A stretch of DNA of 64,000 nt, from the NCBI GenBank assembly GCA_951406725.2, contig OX597840.1:27776001-27840000 (forward strand). The letters run 5' to 3'. Under the pieces are notes generated by a model. It saw only the letters and a list, made by a program, of their open reading frames with translations. It ran no database searches and had not been told where the DNA came from. Below, piece by piece: positions 1-14,440 of this stretch (positions within the stretch are counted from its first letter, which is position 1; each line of letters begins with the position of its first letter). Position numbers and translations under genes: made by a program. This DNA is from Octopus vulgaris. Lineage: Eukaryota.

Positions 1-354
1 TTCGCACGTGTAGTTTTTCGTACATTTTTTGTTGTAAATTTAATGTACGTACCGCTCGATTGTTATTCTTGGGTTGAATAGTATCGGTGGCATTTAATTT
101 CTTCGTAGTTCCTTTGTACATGGTGTTTGGGGTCAGGGATGATCGTGATGTTTCACGCATGTGTTGCGTTAGAGATGGAGATGATATCGAGTCAAAATAC
201 ATCATTTCATTTCGAAAATAGTAATAAATTTCAATTAGTATTACTTACTCGGGTACAGTCCAGTTCTTTGTTAGTAAAACTTTGGCTCCATAGGATGTCC
301 TTGTTTTCGATGTTTGTGGATAGGTTTCGGAGCTCTGAATTTTCCTTCTTACAT

Positions 355-418
355 CTTAAAAGTCCCCCGGTGTTCTCTCTTAAAAGTCCCCCGGTGTTCT
401 CTCTTAAAAGTCCCCCGG

Positions 419-422
<4 letters not shown>
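355..422. repeat. 24-bp tandem repeat, ~2.8 copies, abutting a (TTA)n tract
   Basis: Unit CTTAAAAGTCCCCCGGTGTTCTCT starts at 355, 379 and 403 (last copy partial). Confidence 0.95.
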
Positions 423-481
<59 letters not shown>

Positions 482-499
482 TATTATATTTATTATTAC

Positions 500-532
<33 letters not shown>

Positions 533-534
533 CA

Positions 535-583
<49 letters not shown>

Positions 584-670
584 CATCATCATCATCATCA
601 TCATTATTATTATTATTATTATTATTATCATTGTTATTGTTATTATTATTACTATTACTATTATTATTAC

Positions 671-742
<72 letters not shown>

Positions 743-745
743 TAT
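421..745. repeat. (TTA)n/(TCA)n microsatellite
   Basis: Direct reading; it produces the poly-L/N/Y/I ORFs. Confidence 0.97.
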
Positions 746-1312
746 TGGAGATACTAAGACAATGCTGAACTTCGAACTGTTGGGATCTTATCAGCGTGCT
801 GATTTCTAAACAGTCGTATTTTCGTCTCGGCTTATCTGTCAATGTACCAAAGATAATCTTAACTTAGCCCTCAACACACCGCTAATCAAAAGACTAATGA
901 AAAATAATAATATATGAAAATATAAAAAAAAATAACGCAAAACAACAGCTAAAAAGGCAAACAGCCTCACCTCAACCATCCCATCTCAGTGATTACTTTT
1001 AACCAATAGTGTTTAAAATAACAAATATTATCAGATAATGTTTGCTACGATTTTAACCCTGGTTTAATAGGCCTCGACATTATCAGTTTATTTCGTAGCT
1101 TACCTTTTTTTTCTGTTTTGTTTTTTAGAGTAAAAGGCTACGTATATAACAGGTGATTCCGAGAAATCAGTGATGGGTTTGTCGGAAGATAGTAACAGAA
1201 GTGGTAGGGAGATGGCGCAGTAGATGCAGCGTGTGAAATTTGTGTCACCCCATTGGACACTAGGCTCATATCACGTTGAGCCCAATTTTGTCTCAGGGCC
1301 GCCGAAAAGAAA

Positions 1313-1849
1313 TATTTGGTTGTCCGGAAAGATCGTGCTGATTTTTAAAGGAAAGAAAAAGGTCAATAAATACTTGCCATTACATTTTTAATCAACCAAA
1401 TATGAACCATTTTGTTGCACAATGCGTCTCCATCTTTCCTTTAACTTGAAAATATCCTCTTCCCAGAATTGAGGTGGTTTCATGGCAAAGAATTCATCAA
1501 GGTATCTTTTTACTTCATCCAACGAATTGAAATTTTTACCATTAAGACTATTCTGCAGAGACCTGAATATGTGGAAATCTGAAGGAGCAATATCTGGTGA
1601 ATATGGAGGGCGGGGTAACACATCCCGGCCCAGCTGCAGCAATTTTTGTCTTGTTCCCAAAACATCAAGTGCCGAAAATGAACTTTCTTATCTTCCATTT
1701 TAAAGGGTTACAGAATTAACACAGGTTATAGGAACATAAAACTTCTTCCACGAAAAGATAGCTTAAACTGTGCTCTAAATGGAGATATAGTCAAATCCTA
1801 TTTTATGGACGCAACCATGTTCTAAAATAAGTCGAAATGTAAGCTACTA
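1313..1849 (-). mobile_element. Internally deleted mariner (Tc1/mariner) DNA transposon remnant
   Basis: Minus-strand peptide contains PPYSPDIAPSDFHIFRSLQNSL...RWRRIVQQNGSYLVD, the mariner YSPDLAPSD motif and C-terminus (1388-1660). Transposase-like N-terminus MEDKKVHFRHLM starts at 1698. TA plus TIR-like TTTGGTTGTCCGGAAAGATCGTGCTGATTT at 1313. The other TIR is not found. Confidence 0.9.
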
Positions 1850-1929
1850 GTTACCAACGTCGAACTACAACTTGGCTGTGTCGTTATAACATCGTATAGA
1901 ACACCCTGTGCTCTGAGTTCAATTCAATT

Positions 1930-2200
1930 TGGTAGACAGAAACTGAAAGAAGCCCGTCGTATATATGTATATATATGTATGTGTGTGTATGTGTTTGTGT
2001 GTCTGTGATTGTCCCCCCCCCCAACATCGCTTGACAACCGATGCTGGTGTGTATACGTCCCCGTAACTTAGTGGTTCGGCAAAAGAGACCGATAGAATAA
2101 GTACTAGGCTTACAAAGAATAAGTCCTGGGGTCGATTTGCTCGACTAAAAGGCGGTGCTCCAGCATGGCCACAGTCAAATGACTGAAACAAGTAAAACAG
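1930..2200 (+). mobile_element. SINE family B (CORE-like, tRNA-headed), 3' portion
   Basis: GGTAGACAGAAACTGAAAGAAGCCCGTCG...GGCGGTGCTCCAGCATGGCCACAGTCAAATGACTGAAACAAGTAAAA; the same blocks recur at ~12735, 40401, 54445 and 55490. Confidence 0.85.
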
Positions 2201-2268
2201 TAAGAGTATTATTTGGCCCAAGCGATGTTTAACATAATAGCATATGTGTGCGTATAAATATGTGTTCA

Positions 2269-2299
<31 letters not shown>

Positions 2300-2835
2300 G
2301 TGTGTGTGTGTGTGTGTGAATAGACACACAGATATATATATATGAAAGACTAAGTACATTCACACGTCTCATGTGTGCGCGTGTGTGTTCGTACTGTATA
2401 TTGGTGCTTAAGTGAAATTTATTCATTAATTAGCAGCTTGCAATATAGCAATGTAATTAACACACAGAAGCGACAATCAACCCCCCATCACCACAACCAT
2501 CACCACCACCACCACCACCACCACCACCATGGCCACCACCACTACCACCACCCCCACCGCCCCCACCCCACCACAGTGACCACCACCATCACTACCACCA
2601 CCACCACCACCACTACTACCGCCACTACCACCACCACCACCACCACCACCACCACCACCACCACCACCACCACCACCACCACCACCACCACCACCGCCAC
2701 CACCACCACCACCACCACTACCACCACCACCACCACCGCCACCCCCCCACCACCACCATGGCCACCACCACCGCCACAACCACACATATGTACACACGTG
2801 TAAAGACACAAGCTTATGCAGAATGCGAGATATAC

Positions 2836-3020
2836 TATCTATCTATCTATCCGCTCAGTCGAAGTCGACTCTCGGTTACTCGATGGATCAGTGTCCTCCA
2901 GTCAGTTCTATCCTGGGCCGCTTCTTTCAGATTGGCTATGTCTATTCCGGTATCCCTCTTGATGGTGTCAAGCCAGCGGGTTCTTGGTCGGCCTCTTCCT
3001 CTCTTGCCACTGACCATTCC

Positions 3021-3021
<1 letters not shown>
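2836..3021 (-). mobile_element. RTE/BovB-type LINE 3' end with (ATAG)n tail
   Basis: GMVSGKRGRGRPRTRWLDTIKRDTG...DRTDWRTLIHRVTESRLRL resembles the RTE ORF C-terminus and is followed by a short tandem tail. Confidence 0.88.
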
Positions 3022-3059
<38 letters not shown>

Positions 3060-3063
3060 TATA

Positions 3064-3322
3064 TCCGTTCAGTCGAAGTCAACTCTCGGTTACTCGATGG
3101 ATCAGTGTCCTCCAGCCAGTTCTATCCTGGGCCGCTTCTTTCAGATTGGCTTTGTCCATTCCGGTATCACTCTTGATGGTGTCAAGACAGCGGGTTCTTG
3201 GTCGGCCTCTTCCTCTCTTGCCACTGACCATTCCGAGCATGATGTCCTTCTCCAGGGATTTTCTCCGCAAAATATTATGACCAAAATATGCCAATCTATG
3301 CTTGGTGATCTTAGCTTCTAGC
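3064..3322 (-). mobile_element. RTE/BovB-type LINE 3' end, longer tandem copy
   Basis: SLEAKITKHRLAYFGHNILRRKSLEKDIMLGMVSGKRGRGRPR contains the YFGH..RR..SLEK..MLG motif of RTE-clade ORF ends; nearly identical to 2836-3021. Confidence 0.9.
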
Positions 3323-3380
3323 GACATTTACTTACCCTTACACATAAACAGGTGTGTACACATATCACTATATATTTGAG

Positions 3381-3575
3381 TTGAGGTGCAATGGCCCAGT
3401 AGTTCGGGCGGTGGATTCGCGGTCGAAGGATCGCGGTTTCGATTCCCAGACCGGGCGTTGTGAGTGTTTATTGAGCCAAAACACCTAAATCTCCACGAGG
3501 CTCTGGCAGGCGGTGGTGGCGAACCCTGCTGTACTCTTCCACCAGAACTTTCTCTCACTTTTTCTTCCTGTTTCT
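3381..3575 (+). mobile_element. SINE family A (tRNA-derived head), 3'-truncated
   Basis: GAGGTGCAATGGCCCAGTAGTT...GGTTTCGATTCCCAGACC (A/B-box-like head); matches 19292-19490. Confidence 0.88.
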
Positions 3576-3593
3576 GCACATGCATATTCACCC

Positions 3594-3696
<103 letters not shown>

Positions 3697-3879
3697 TGAG
3701 TAGTAGAATGAACTATCTTGTTATGGATAATTCGGTTAACCGATACCGGGGTAGCAAATTCACATCAGAGAAGACACGTTTGAAGTTACGTGCTTTCGTG
3801 TGGAAATTTGTATGTTTTTTTTAAAAATATAAATATATGAAAGAATGGAGTTGAACGACGAATTAACAAAATTCCTTTA

Positions 3880-3962
3880 TTTTCGACATATGTTTCGAAG
3901 GCTGCATATTCCTAATTGCGAAGGAATAAGGAGTATATTATGCCGCTTTCTCATCAGGAAAA
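3880..3962 (-). ncRNA. Minimal type I hammerhead ribozyme motif (canonical core) in a Penelope-like pLTR fragment
   Basis: Minus strand reads TTTTC-CTGATGA-[GAAAGCGGCATA...TATGCAGCCTTC, 10/12 bp helix II]-GAAAC-ATAT-GTC-GAAAA. Helix I is TTTTC/GAAAA, helix III is the palindrome ACATATGT, and AATAAA follows immediately. Confidence 0.8.
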
Positions 3963-3982
3963 GCAAGGAACTTATGTCAACA

Positions 3983-4245
3983 TCATATATATACACACAC
4001 ACAAATGCATGAAACATACAAATTTGCGCACATACACAAACATGCGCATATATACATCATTATATATACACAACATTATATATATACACACACACAAATG
4101 CATGAAACATACAAATTTGCGCACATACACAAACATGCGCATATATACATCATTATATATACACAACATTATATATACACACACACACAAATGCATGAAA
4201 CATACAAATTTGCGCACATACACAAACATGCGCATATATACATCA
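3983..4245. repeat. 93-bp minisatellite, ~3 copies
   Basis: AAATGCATGAAACATACAAATTTGCGCAC recurs with a 93-bp period. Confidence 0.92.
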
Positions 4246-4269
4246 TATATATGTGTGTGTTTGTCCATG

Positions 4270-5310
4270 TGTATATATTAGCCTATGTGTATATATATAT
4301 ATAAGCCTATATGTATATATGTGTGTGTATATATATGTGTTTGTGCGTGTATGTGTATATATGAGACTATGTGTATATATAAGCCTATATGTATATATGT
4401 GCGTGTGTATATGTATATATGCGTCTATGTGTATATATAAGCCTATATGTATATATGTTTGTTTCTGCGTGTATGTGTATATATGAGCCTAGGTGTATAT
4501 ATAAGTCTATATGTATATATGTGTGTGTATATATGTGTGTTTGTGCGCGTGTGTGTATATTGGCCTATGTGTGTATATATATAAGTTTATATGTATATAT
4601 GTGTGCGAGTATATAAGTGTGTGTGTGTACGTGTATGTGTATATATGAGGCTATGTGTATATATAAGCCTATATGTATATATGTATGTGTATGTGTGTGT
4701 GCGTGCATGTGTATATATAAGACTATATGTATATATGTGTGTGTGCGTGTATGTGTTTATATGAGCCTATGTGTATATATAAGTCTATATGTTTATATGT
4801 ATGTGTGTATATATGTGTGTGTGTGCGTGTATGTGTATATATGCATATATGTACACCTATATATAAGCCTATATGTATATATGTTTGTTTCTGCGTGTAT
4901 GTGTATATATGAGCCTATGTGTATATATAAGTCTATATGTATATATGTGTGTGTATATATGTGTGTTTGTGCGCGTGTGTGTATATTGGCCTATGTGTGT
5001 ATATATATATAAGTTTATATGTATATATGTGTGCGAGTATATAAGTGTGTGTGTGTGCGTGTATGTGTATATATGAGGCTATGTGTATATATAAGCCTAT
5101 ATGTATATATGTATGTGTATGTGTGTGTGCGTGCATGTGTATATATAAGACTATATGTATATATGTGTGTGTGCGTGTATGTGTTTATATGAGCCTATGT
5201 GTATATATAAGTCTATATGTTTATATGTATGTGTGTATATATGTGTGTGTGTGCGTGTATGTGTATATATGCATATATGTACACCTATATATAAGCCTAT
5301 ATGTATATAT
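4270..5310. repeat. Degenerate TA/TG minisatellite containing a ~428-bp direct duplication
   Basis: GTGTATATATAAGCCTATATG units; block ~4435-4862 is repeated at ~4863-5290. Confidence 0.85.
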
Positions 5311-6414
5311 GTATACATACATACGCACACACACACACTCGTATATGTGTATGTATATATATATTTATATGTGTATGTGTGTGCGTATGCACAAAGACAT
5401 CGACACACTCCAGCATATGCACAAGCCCTTCCGCATACATCCACACATCCACACAACGCACACAGTGTTACAACGATGGAATGAATTCCGCAAATTATTG
5501 TTATCTTCGCAGACATGAAGGAACCTGACCGTCTTCATTTCTGTTTGGTACTCAAGAAAACCCGTTGTTATTTCATGAGAAATTTCTATGTCAGTCAGTG
5601 TTTGCAATATAACAACAATAGCGCCACCAAGCGATAGTTTTGTATACTGTAATTTTCTTCTTTTGATAAAAGCTCTAGCCATCTTTTATTTGATGACATG
5701 TATAAATAATGATGAGAGTCTGCAGTGAAAAGAAGCGAGGATAAGAAAATGGTGTAGTTGTCAATTAATTTGTTTTCGCATTTTGCTGTATATCGATTCA
5801 GCTTTCGCCAAAAGTTCCTGCGGAAACCAACGGATTGATATGGTGTTTTTCTTCTTAACAAAGCAGACAGCTGCAGTGACCGGGAAAGATAAAGACGAGA
5901 TAAACTGAAGACTACAAACAAATAAATGAATATTTAAATAATATTAAAAAATAAATAAAACTTTTTTGATTGTTTGTTTGCTTTGTTTTGCCTTGCTTTT
6001 CTTTTTTTCTTCTTTTTTTTGGCAGGAGTTTGAGCGCCTTTGGGGGTTATCTTACCTTTTCGCTTTAGGTTTTAATTTTTTTGTTTCGGTTTGTGAAAGA
6101 TCTTAAGGAAACGGCCCCTATGACTTGTCCTGACTGTAGATTTGGACCAACAAATTCCGTGGTCATGTCACGTGGTCTTTATCCTTTTATGGATAAAATG
6201 GTGTATTCTCTGCACCACCCATAATCATACACAAACCCAAACGCACACATCTACACACACATACATATACATATGCTAATGTACAAATATATGTACAAAC
6301 ACATTCATATTCACATAAATACAGACACATATACGCGTACATACATACATACACACACGAACACAAAAATTCAAACTTATTCACAATTAGACATATATGC
6401 ACATACATATGTAC

Positions 6415-6463
<49 letters not shown>

Positions 6464-6528
6464 TATATACCATATACATATATCATATATATATCATATA
6501 TGATATATATATATATATGATATATATA

Positions 6529-7262
<734 letters not shown>

Positions 7263-7349
7263 CATTTCCAAGATTTATATGCGTGTGTGGTATGTGTATG
7301 TGTATATATGTATATATATATATATATCTGTGTGTGTGTGTGTGTGTGT

Positions 7350-7672
7350 GGTGGTTGTGTACTCCTTACGAAGTGTTTGACCACCTCCTGTACCTACACC
7401 TTAGAAACATCATTTTAAGCCAGACAATGTTCTGAAAAGAGACCTACATAGATTGAAATTCTGATCTGGACCACCAAGAGCTGCAGATAAGTTCTGCTCT
7501 CTGTGGATCTTGAAATTTCTTTTGAGGCCTCCGTTAGATTTGCAGTCCTTCTGGTATACACTGCATTCAAAGGTGTGCAAAGACATATAGGCAGAATAGT
7601 TGGTGGAGGTTCGTCTTCTATGGGTTCGCAAATGAGATTTCAGCCCAGTAAAAGAAAGGCATGGTCTATCAC
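7350..7672 (-). mobile_element. LINE (RTE-like) 3' fragment with degenerate C2H2 zinc fingers
   Basis: CDRPCLSFTGLKSHLRTH ... CSVYQKDCKSNGGLKRNFKIH ... LCRSLFRTLSGLK; decayed, bounded by microsatellites, no splice context seen. Confidence 0.6.
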
Positions 7673-7693
7673 AAATACATACACATACGCATA

Positions 7694-7735
<42 letters not shown>

Positions 7736-8056
7736 AAAAAATGCAAACTGGGACAAGAACGCAAAACATTTAGAAGACGATACAAAAAACACGGACGGGA
7801 CATTCGAAGCCTTTAATCTTCAGTCAAGAACCGGATCATCCTCGCAATTTCGGCTGATTAATCTTGAGATTGCTCCGACCTGGCCAGCGCCAAAGGAAAA
7901 TCTAAGCCAAGCGCATTAGATTCCTTGAAAGAAAGCCTCGAATGTATATAAAACAAGGGCGTGAAAACGGACGATGTTACACGAATAAGAATACAAAAAT
8001 ACGTAAAAACAATAATGATAACACGAATAAGAATATGAAGATACGTAAAAACAATA

Positions 8057-8096
<40 letters not shown>

Positions 8097-8415
8097 AGGG
8101 GTGGGTTTGTTTTGTTCTTTATTTTTCTTGGAGTTTTTCAGGTCATGTTTCTTCTGTATGACGAAACAACGACAAAGTTACAGCACTGAGAAATGCGCTG
8201 ATGAATATTGATTGCAAATTATGATACTATTCTAGCAATTGGCAGGGACGGGGATCTAATTTCATCGACCCCAGTGTTCAGCCTGTACATATTTTATCGA
8301 TCCTGCAAAGGATGAAAGGCGAAGTCGTCCCTGATAAAATAAGTACCATTTGAGCGCTGGATGGAGGAGAGGCGAACGACAAAATTCATGCCACGTGCCA
8401 TAATTGGAAAGGACA

Positions 8416-8508
<93 letters not shown>

Positions 8509-8510
8509 AT

Positions 8511-8598
<88 letters not shown>

Positions 8599-9043
8599 GC
8601 TACTGCTGCTACTACTACTGCTGCTGCTACTACTACTGCTACTACTACTACTACTACTACTGCTGCTACTGCTACTACTACTAGTAGTACTACTGCTGCT
8701 GCTACTACTACTACTATTACTACTACAACTACTACTGCTACTACTGTTGCTGCTGCTACTACTACTACTGCTGCTGCTACTACTACTACTGCTGCTGCTA
8801 CTACTACTAATACTACTGCTGCTGCTGCTGCTGCTGCTACTACTATTACTACTACTACAACTACTACTGCTACTACTGTTGCTGATGCTGCTACTACTAC
8901 CACTACTACTGCTGCTACTACTACTACTACTCCTACTACTACTACTAATACTAATACTACTACTACTATTACTATTACTGCTGCTGCTGCTACTACTACT
9001 ACTACTACTACTACTACTAATGCTGCTGTTGTTGCTGCTGCTG

Positions 9044-9087
<44 letters not shown>

Positions 9088-9090
9088 GCT
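8416..9090. repeat. (CTA)n/(CTG)n compound microsatellite
   Basis: Direct reading. Confidence 0.95.
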
Positions 9091-9239
9091 GCCAGTTATC
9101 TGGATCTGTTGTGTAGACGTTTGCGTCGAAGCTCCATCGAGTAATAAGTATGACAACAAGTTGATTGTAAGCACCATCCTGAGTATTGACAAGAGGTCAT
9201 TGTAATCGCGTGAAGATCGTTGCATGGTTCTGGTTAGAG

Positions 9240-9613
9240 ATTAGAGGGAGAGACAGAGAGGGAGAGGGAGTGACGGAGAGAGAGAGAGACAGAGAGAGGG
9301 AGAGAGGGAGATTGTGGAAAGGTAGAGAGAGAGCGTGGGGGTTGGGGAGAAAGAGATGGAGGACGAGGGAGACTGGAAAACGGGGAGAAAGAGACACAGA
9401 GAGATATAGAAATGGACAGAGAGACAAAAGGAAGAGAGATAGACAAAGAGAGAAAAGAGTGATAGAGGGAGAGGATAGAGGGAACGAGAGGAAGAGAGAG
9501 AGAAAGGGAGACACGGTGAAGGAGGTAGCCAGGGAAAGAGAGAATGAAAGAGAATAAAGAAAGACAGAATGAAAGAGAGAGAGAGAAAAACAAAGTGAGA
9601 CAGAGAGACAAAG

Positions 9614-9660
<47 letters not shown>

Positions 9661-9940
9661 GAGAAAGGGAGATGTGGTGAGGGAGGGAGGCACCCAAGGA
9701 AAGAGAGAAAGAAAGAAAATAAAGAAAGACAGAATGAAAGAGAGAGAAACAAAGTGAGACAGAGAGACAAAGAGAGAGAGAGAGAGAAAGGGAGGAAGGG
9801 AGACGCGGTGAGGGAGGGAGGTAGCCAAGGAAAGAGAGAAAGAAAGAGAATGATTAAAGGAAAAGAGAGAGAGAGAGAGAGTGAAAGAGAGAAAAACAGA
9901 GTGAGACAGAGAGACAAATAGAGAGAGAGAGAGAGAGAGA
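9240..9940. repeat. GA-rich polypurine tract with internal duplications
   Basis: GAAAGACAGAATGAAAGAGAGAG and GTGAGACAGAGAGACAAA blocks recur. Confidence 0.9.
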
Positions 9941-9951
9941 AAGTGTGTGTG

Positions 9952-9985
<34 letters not shown>

Positions 9986-10172
9986 AGACATAGTGGTGGC
10001 ATATAAGGGAGTAAGGAGACAGGCAGACGGACAGACAGCATAGGTGTATATGTGAGTGGCAGGAGGAGTGAGAGTGGGAGAGTAAGGAGAGAGGCCAAGA
10101 GTGAGATTAGGAAAAACAGATTATGTGTTTATGAGCATCTGTATAACACACTCACGCGTATATGTATGTGTG

Positions 10173-10217
<45 letters not shown>

Positions 10218-10327
10218 GTATCTATCTATCTATATGTATATATATATAAATACATATATATATAGGTATGTATATGTATGTATATATATGTATATATATA
10301 TATAAATACATATATATAGGTATGTAT

Positions 10328-10436
<109 letters not shown>

Positions 10437-10466
10437 ATATATATATATAATGGTACAAAGAGAAAG

Positions 10467-10553
<87 letters not shown>

Positions 10554-10664
10554 TTAACATCGATGTTTGTTGCCTGAAGAGTGATGTAGTTTATATAAGA
10601 CAGATAGCTTGAGAGAACAAGAGAGAAGAGGGGCGAGAAAGTGAGAGTGTGACTACGTATGTTT

Positions 10665-10696
<32 letters not shown>

Positions 10697-10847
10697 CGGA
10701 GAGAGAGAAAGGGAGAGAGAGGGGGGAGTGTTCGATTGTTTAATTAATAGTTTAATTGTTAGTGGGTGGTTTTGATTAAATAAGAGATCATTGAATTGAA
10801 GTATAACCTTTCGAGTGACACCACCACCACCGCCACCACCACCACAG

Positions 10848-10914
<67 letters not shown>

Positions 10915-11065
10915 GACGATGACTATGGCTTCCAGTACTACTTCTGATGCTCTAAACACAACTACCCCTGCAACCACGACCAGAGCTACCACCACCGCAA
11001 CTAGTACCACCACTGCTTGTACCATTCACCAATATCACCAATTTTACAATCACTACAACTACCAG

Positions 11066-11121
<56 letters not shown>

Positions 11122-11284
11122 TTAATACTGCTGCTGCTAACATTATTACTACTACTACTAGTACAAAATTAGGTACGAACTGGAAAGAGCTTTTGGGGAG
11201 GAACATGTTAACTGTTAATGAATGTGTATGTGTGCGTGCGTGCACGTAACTATGTAGATCTGTATCTATCTATCTACATATAAG

Positions 11285-11327
<43 letters not shown>

Positions 11328-11382
11328 ATGTATCTATATATCTGTATCCATCTATATATATATATATCTGTATGTATGAATG

Positions 11383-11427
<45 letters not shown>

Positions 11428-11589
11428 ATGTATGTATATATATGTATCTATATATCTGTATCTATCTATCTATCTGCCTATGTAGATTCAGATGAATATG
11501 GTACTTAAGTTGAGGCACCAGAATTTAGTACGGTATTATCCATACACTTTCAAAATAAGGTGATTAAAATCTGTTGCTTATTTTGATTT

Positions 11590-11626
<37 letters not shown>

Positions 11627-11629
11627 ATG

Positions 11630-11666
<37 letters not shown>

Positions 11667-12050
11667 CTGTATATATATATATTTGTGTATATATACATGT
11701 TTGTGTGTGTGTGTCAGTGTGTATTATATATCTGTGTGTATATAACCATATATATTTTTATGTGTATATACACACACATACATATATATGCATGTATGCG
11801 TGTATGTGTGTATGTGTGAGTGTGTTTTTTTTTTCTTCCTCCTCGTCTTCTTTCTCTGTGTTTACTCTGCAAAGAGAGAGAAAGACAACTGCAGATGCTG
11901 CACACACGCATTGCTGTCCTGTTTCACACAGACGAAACATCTCAATCAATGCTCTCGACGATGATGATGATGATGATGATGATTATTTGAAAATGAGAAA
12001 TAGATAGGTAGAAAGATAGATAGACAGACAGAGAGAAGAGTTGAAGCAGG

Positions 12051-12102
<52 letters not shown>

Positions 12103-12575
12103 CTGAGCAACAATTATACAGGATGTGTGTGTTCATTATTTCTCTATTTTTTATTTGTTATTAGATTGCGACCGTATGTTGAAGGGCTTCCATCGAACGA
12201 ATCGATCGTAGTCCTTATACTTTTAAGGCTTGCTCCTTAGTTTATCGATATCATTTGCCGAACCGCTCTGTTACGGTTATGTATACAAGGCAACAACTAT
12301 TGTCAAGCTGTGGTGGAGGACAAACACAGACAGATAGACACCCCACCCACACACAGAGAAGCATACACCACACACAGAGTCAGATATACACAGATATGTA
12401 CACGCATACACACACAAACACACACACACACACACATATATATGGTTGAAAATGATGCGAAAATCAGAGACAGATGAGCTAACAACAAATAAGGTATGTT
12501 ACTTTGACGTTGAGGGAATAAAGAAGGAGTCTTTGATGTTTCGAGCACACGCTCTTTTTCAGAAAGAAAACTGAA

Positions 12576-12619
<44 letters not shown>

Positions 12620-12734
12620 CTATGTGTGTATGTATGTTTGTGTGTACGTGTACGTGTGTTTGTGTGTGTAAAAATATAATAGTGAAAATGCACTAAACTT
12701 GCACACAAACGCACTCACACATACATATATTAAT

Positions 12735-13087
12735 TTACTTGTCTCAGTCATTTGACTGCGGCCATGCTGGAGCACCGCCTTTAGTCGTACAAACCGACAA
12801 CCAGGTCTTATTATTTGTAAGCCTAGTTCTTATTCATTGGTTTCTTTTCCTGAACAGCTAAGTTACGGGGATGTAAACACACCAGCATCAGTTGTCAAGC
12901 GATTGTGAAAGACAAACACTGACACACATACACACACACACACATATATATAGGACGGGATTCTTTCAGTTTCCGTCTACCAAATTCACTCATAAGGCTT
13001 TGGTCAGCTTGGGACCACGCATTGGGACTGAACCCGGAACCATGCGGTTCGTAAGCAAGCTACTTACCACACAACCACTCCTACGCT
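12735..13087 (-). mobile_element. SINE family B, near full length
   Basis: Minus-strand head AGGAGTGGTTGTGTGGTAAGTAGCTTGCTTACG...GGTTCCGGGTTCAGTCCCA, plus the same body and tail as 1930-2200. Confidence 0.88.
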
Positions 13088-13109
13088 TATATATATATAT
13101 ATATATATA

Positions 13110-13296
13110 GGGAGAGTTTCCGAAAAAAACAAAAGACGAAGGCAGGTGGTGTACAAAACTAACAGATGTATTAGTATAACGATCAGGAATAGAAAAAGTT
13201 TTTTATGTTTCGAGCCTACGCTCTTCTACAGAAAGGGACACAGAAAAAACAAAGAGAGAGAAAAATGTGTGTAGTAGCTAACGATCTATCATGGCG

Positions 13297-13297
<1 letters not shown>
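13110..13297 (-). mobile_element. ~190-bp microsatellite-flanked element (family T1) with variant hammerhead motif
   Basis: Near-identical copies at 20577-20725, 29250-29363 and 60530-60729; partial copies at 36123-36190 and 61012-61118. Motif at 13200-13235. Confidence 0.8.
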
Positions 13298-13393
<96 letters not shown>

Positions 13394-13397
13394 CCTA

Positions 13398-13496
<99 letters not shown>

Positions 13497-13503
13497 CGGA
13501 GTA

Positions 13504-13547
<44 letters not shown>

Positions 13548-13979
13548 AACGCACATACATACATACATACAAACACATATACATACAGACAGACATACTT
13601 GTGTGTTAATTGCACGACTAATCATCTAATCATACACATCATTCATAATGAGATCGCTATCCAATTAATTATGAAACTTGAAACGTTCGCCAATCGCTCA
13701 CCACGTGACTAAAGAACTGTCAAGCGAGCCATCAATCATATGATTAAAGCCGCATTACCGTCTTGTTTATATTTTTATGTTAAGCATCCTGAAGACGTGT
13801 TTGTGTAGTACAATAATAGCCTGAGTACTTAATGATAAACTTGTTGAGTTCCCTGCTTGTTTGGGATGTGATCTGATCGGCCATTTCTCGTTTATATACA
13901 CATTCGAGTATTCTGCTGTTGCTTCCTCGTTTATTCTTTAATTCTTCTGTTCGTTTATTTGCTTCTAATAAATCATATC

Positions 13980-14010
13980 TGTTTCTTTACTACCCACAGG
14001 GGGCAGACAA

Positions 14011-14086
<76 letters not shown>

Positions 14087-14397
14087 ATATATAATTATAT
14101 ATATACTTATATATATAATTATATATAATTATATATGATTTGGAGGCGCAATGGCCCAGTGGTTAGGGCAGCGGACTTGCGGTCGGAGGATCGCGGTTTC
14201 GATTCCCAGACCGGGCGTTGTGTGTGTTTATTGAGCGAAAACACCTAAAAGCTCCACGAGGCTCCGGCAGGGGATGGTGGTGATCCCTGCTGTACTCTTT
14301 CACCACTCTAAAGGCGGCGCTCCAGCATGGCCGCAGTCGGATGACTGAAACAAGTACAAAAAAATATATATATAATTATAATATATATATAATTATA

Positions 14398-14440
<43 letters not shown>

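Noticed and set aside
127-842. Poly-L/N/Y/I ORFs here and similar homopolymer ORFs throughout the window
   Set aside because: Trinucleotide and dinucleotide microsatellites open in several frames on both strands; no domain content.
7410-7672. Host C2H2 zinc-finger gene
   Set aside because: Fingers are degenerate, lack TGEKP linkers and end near a simple-repeat tail; more consistent with a LINE C-terminus.
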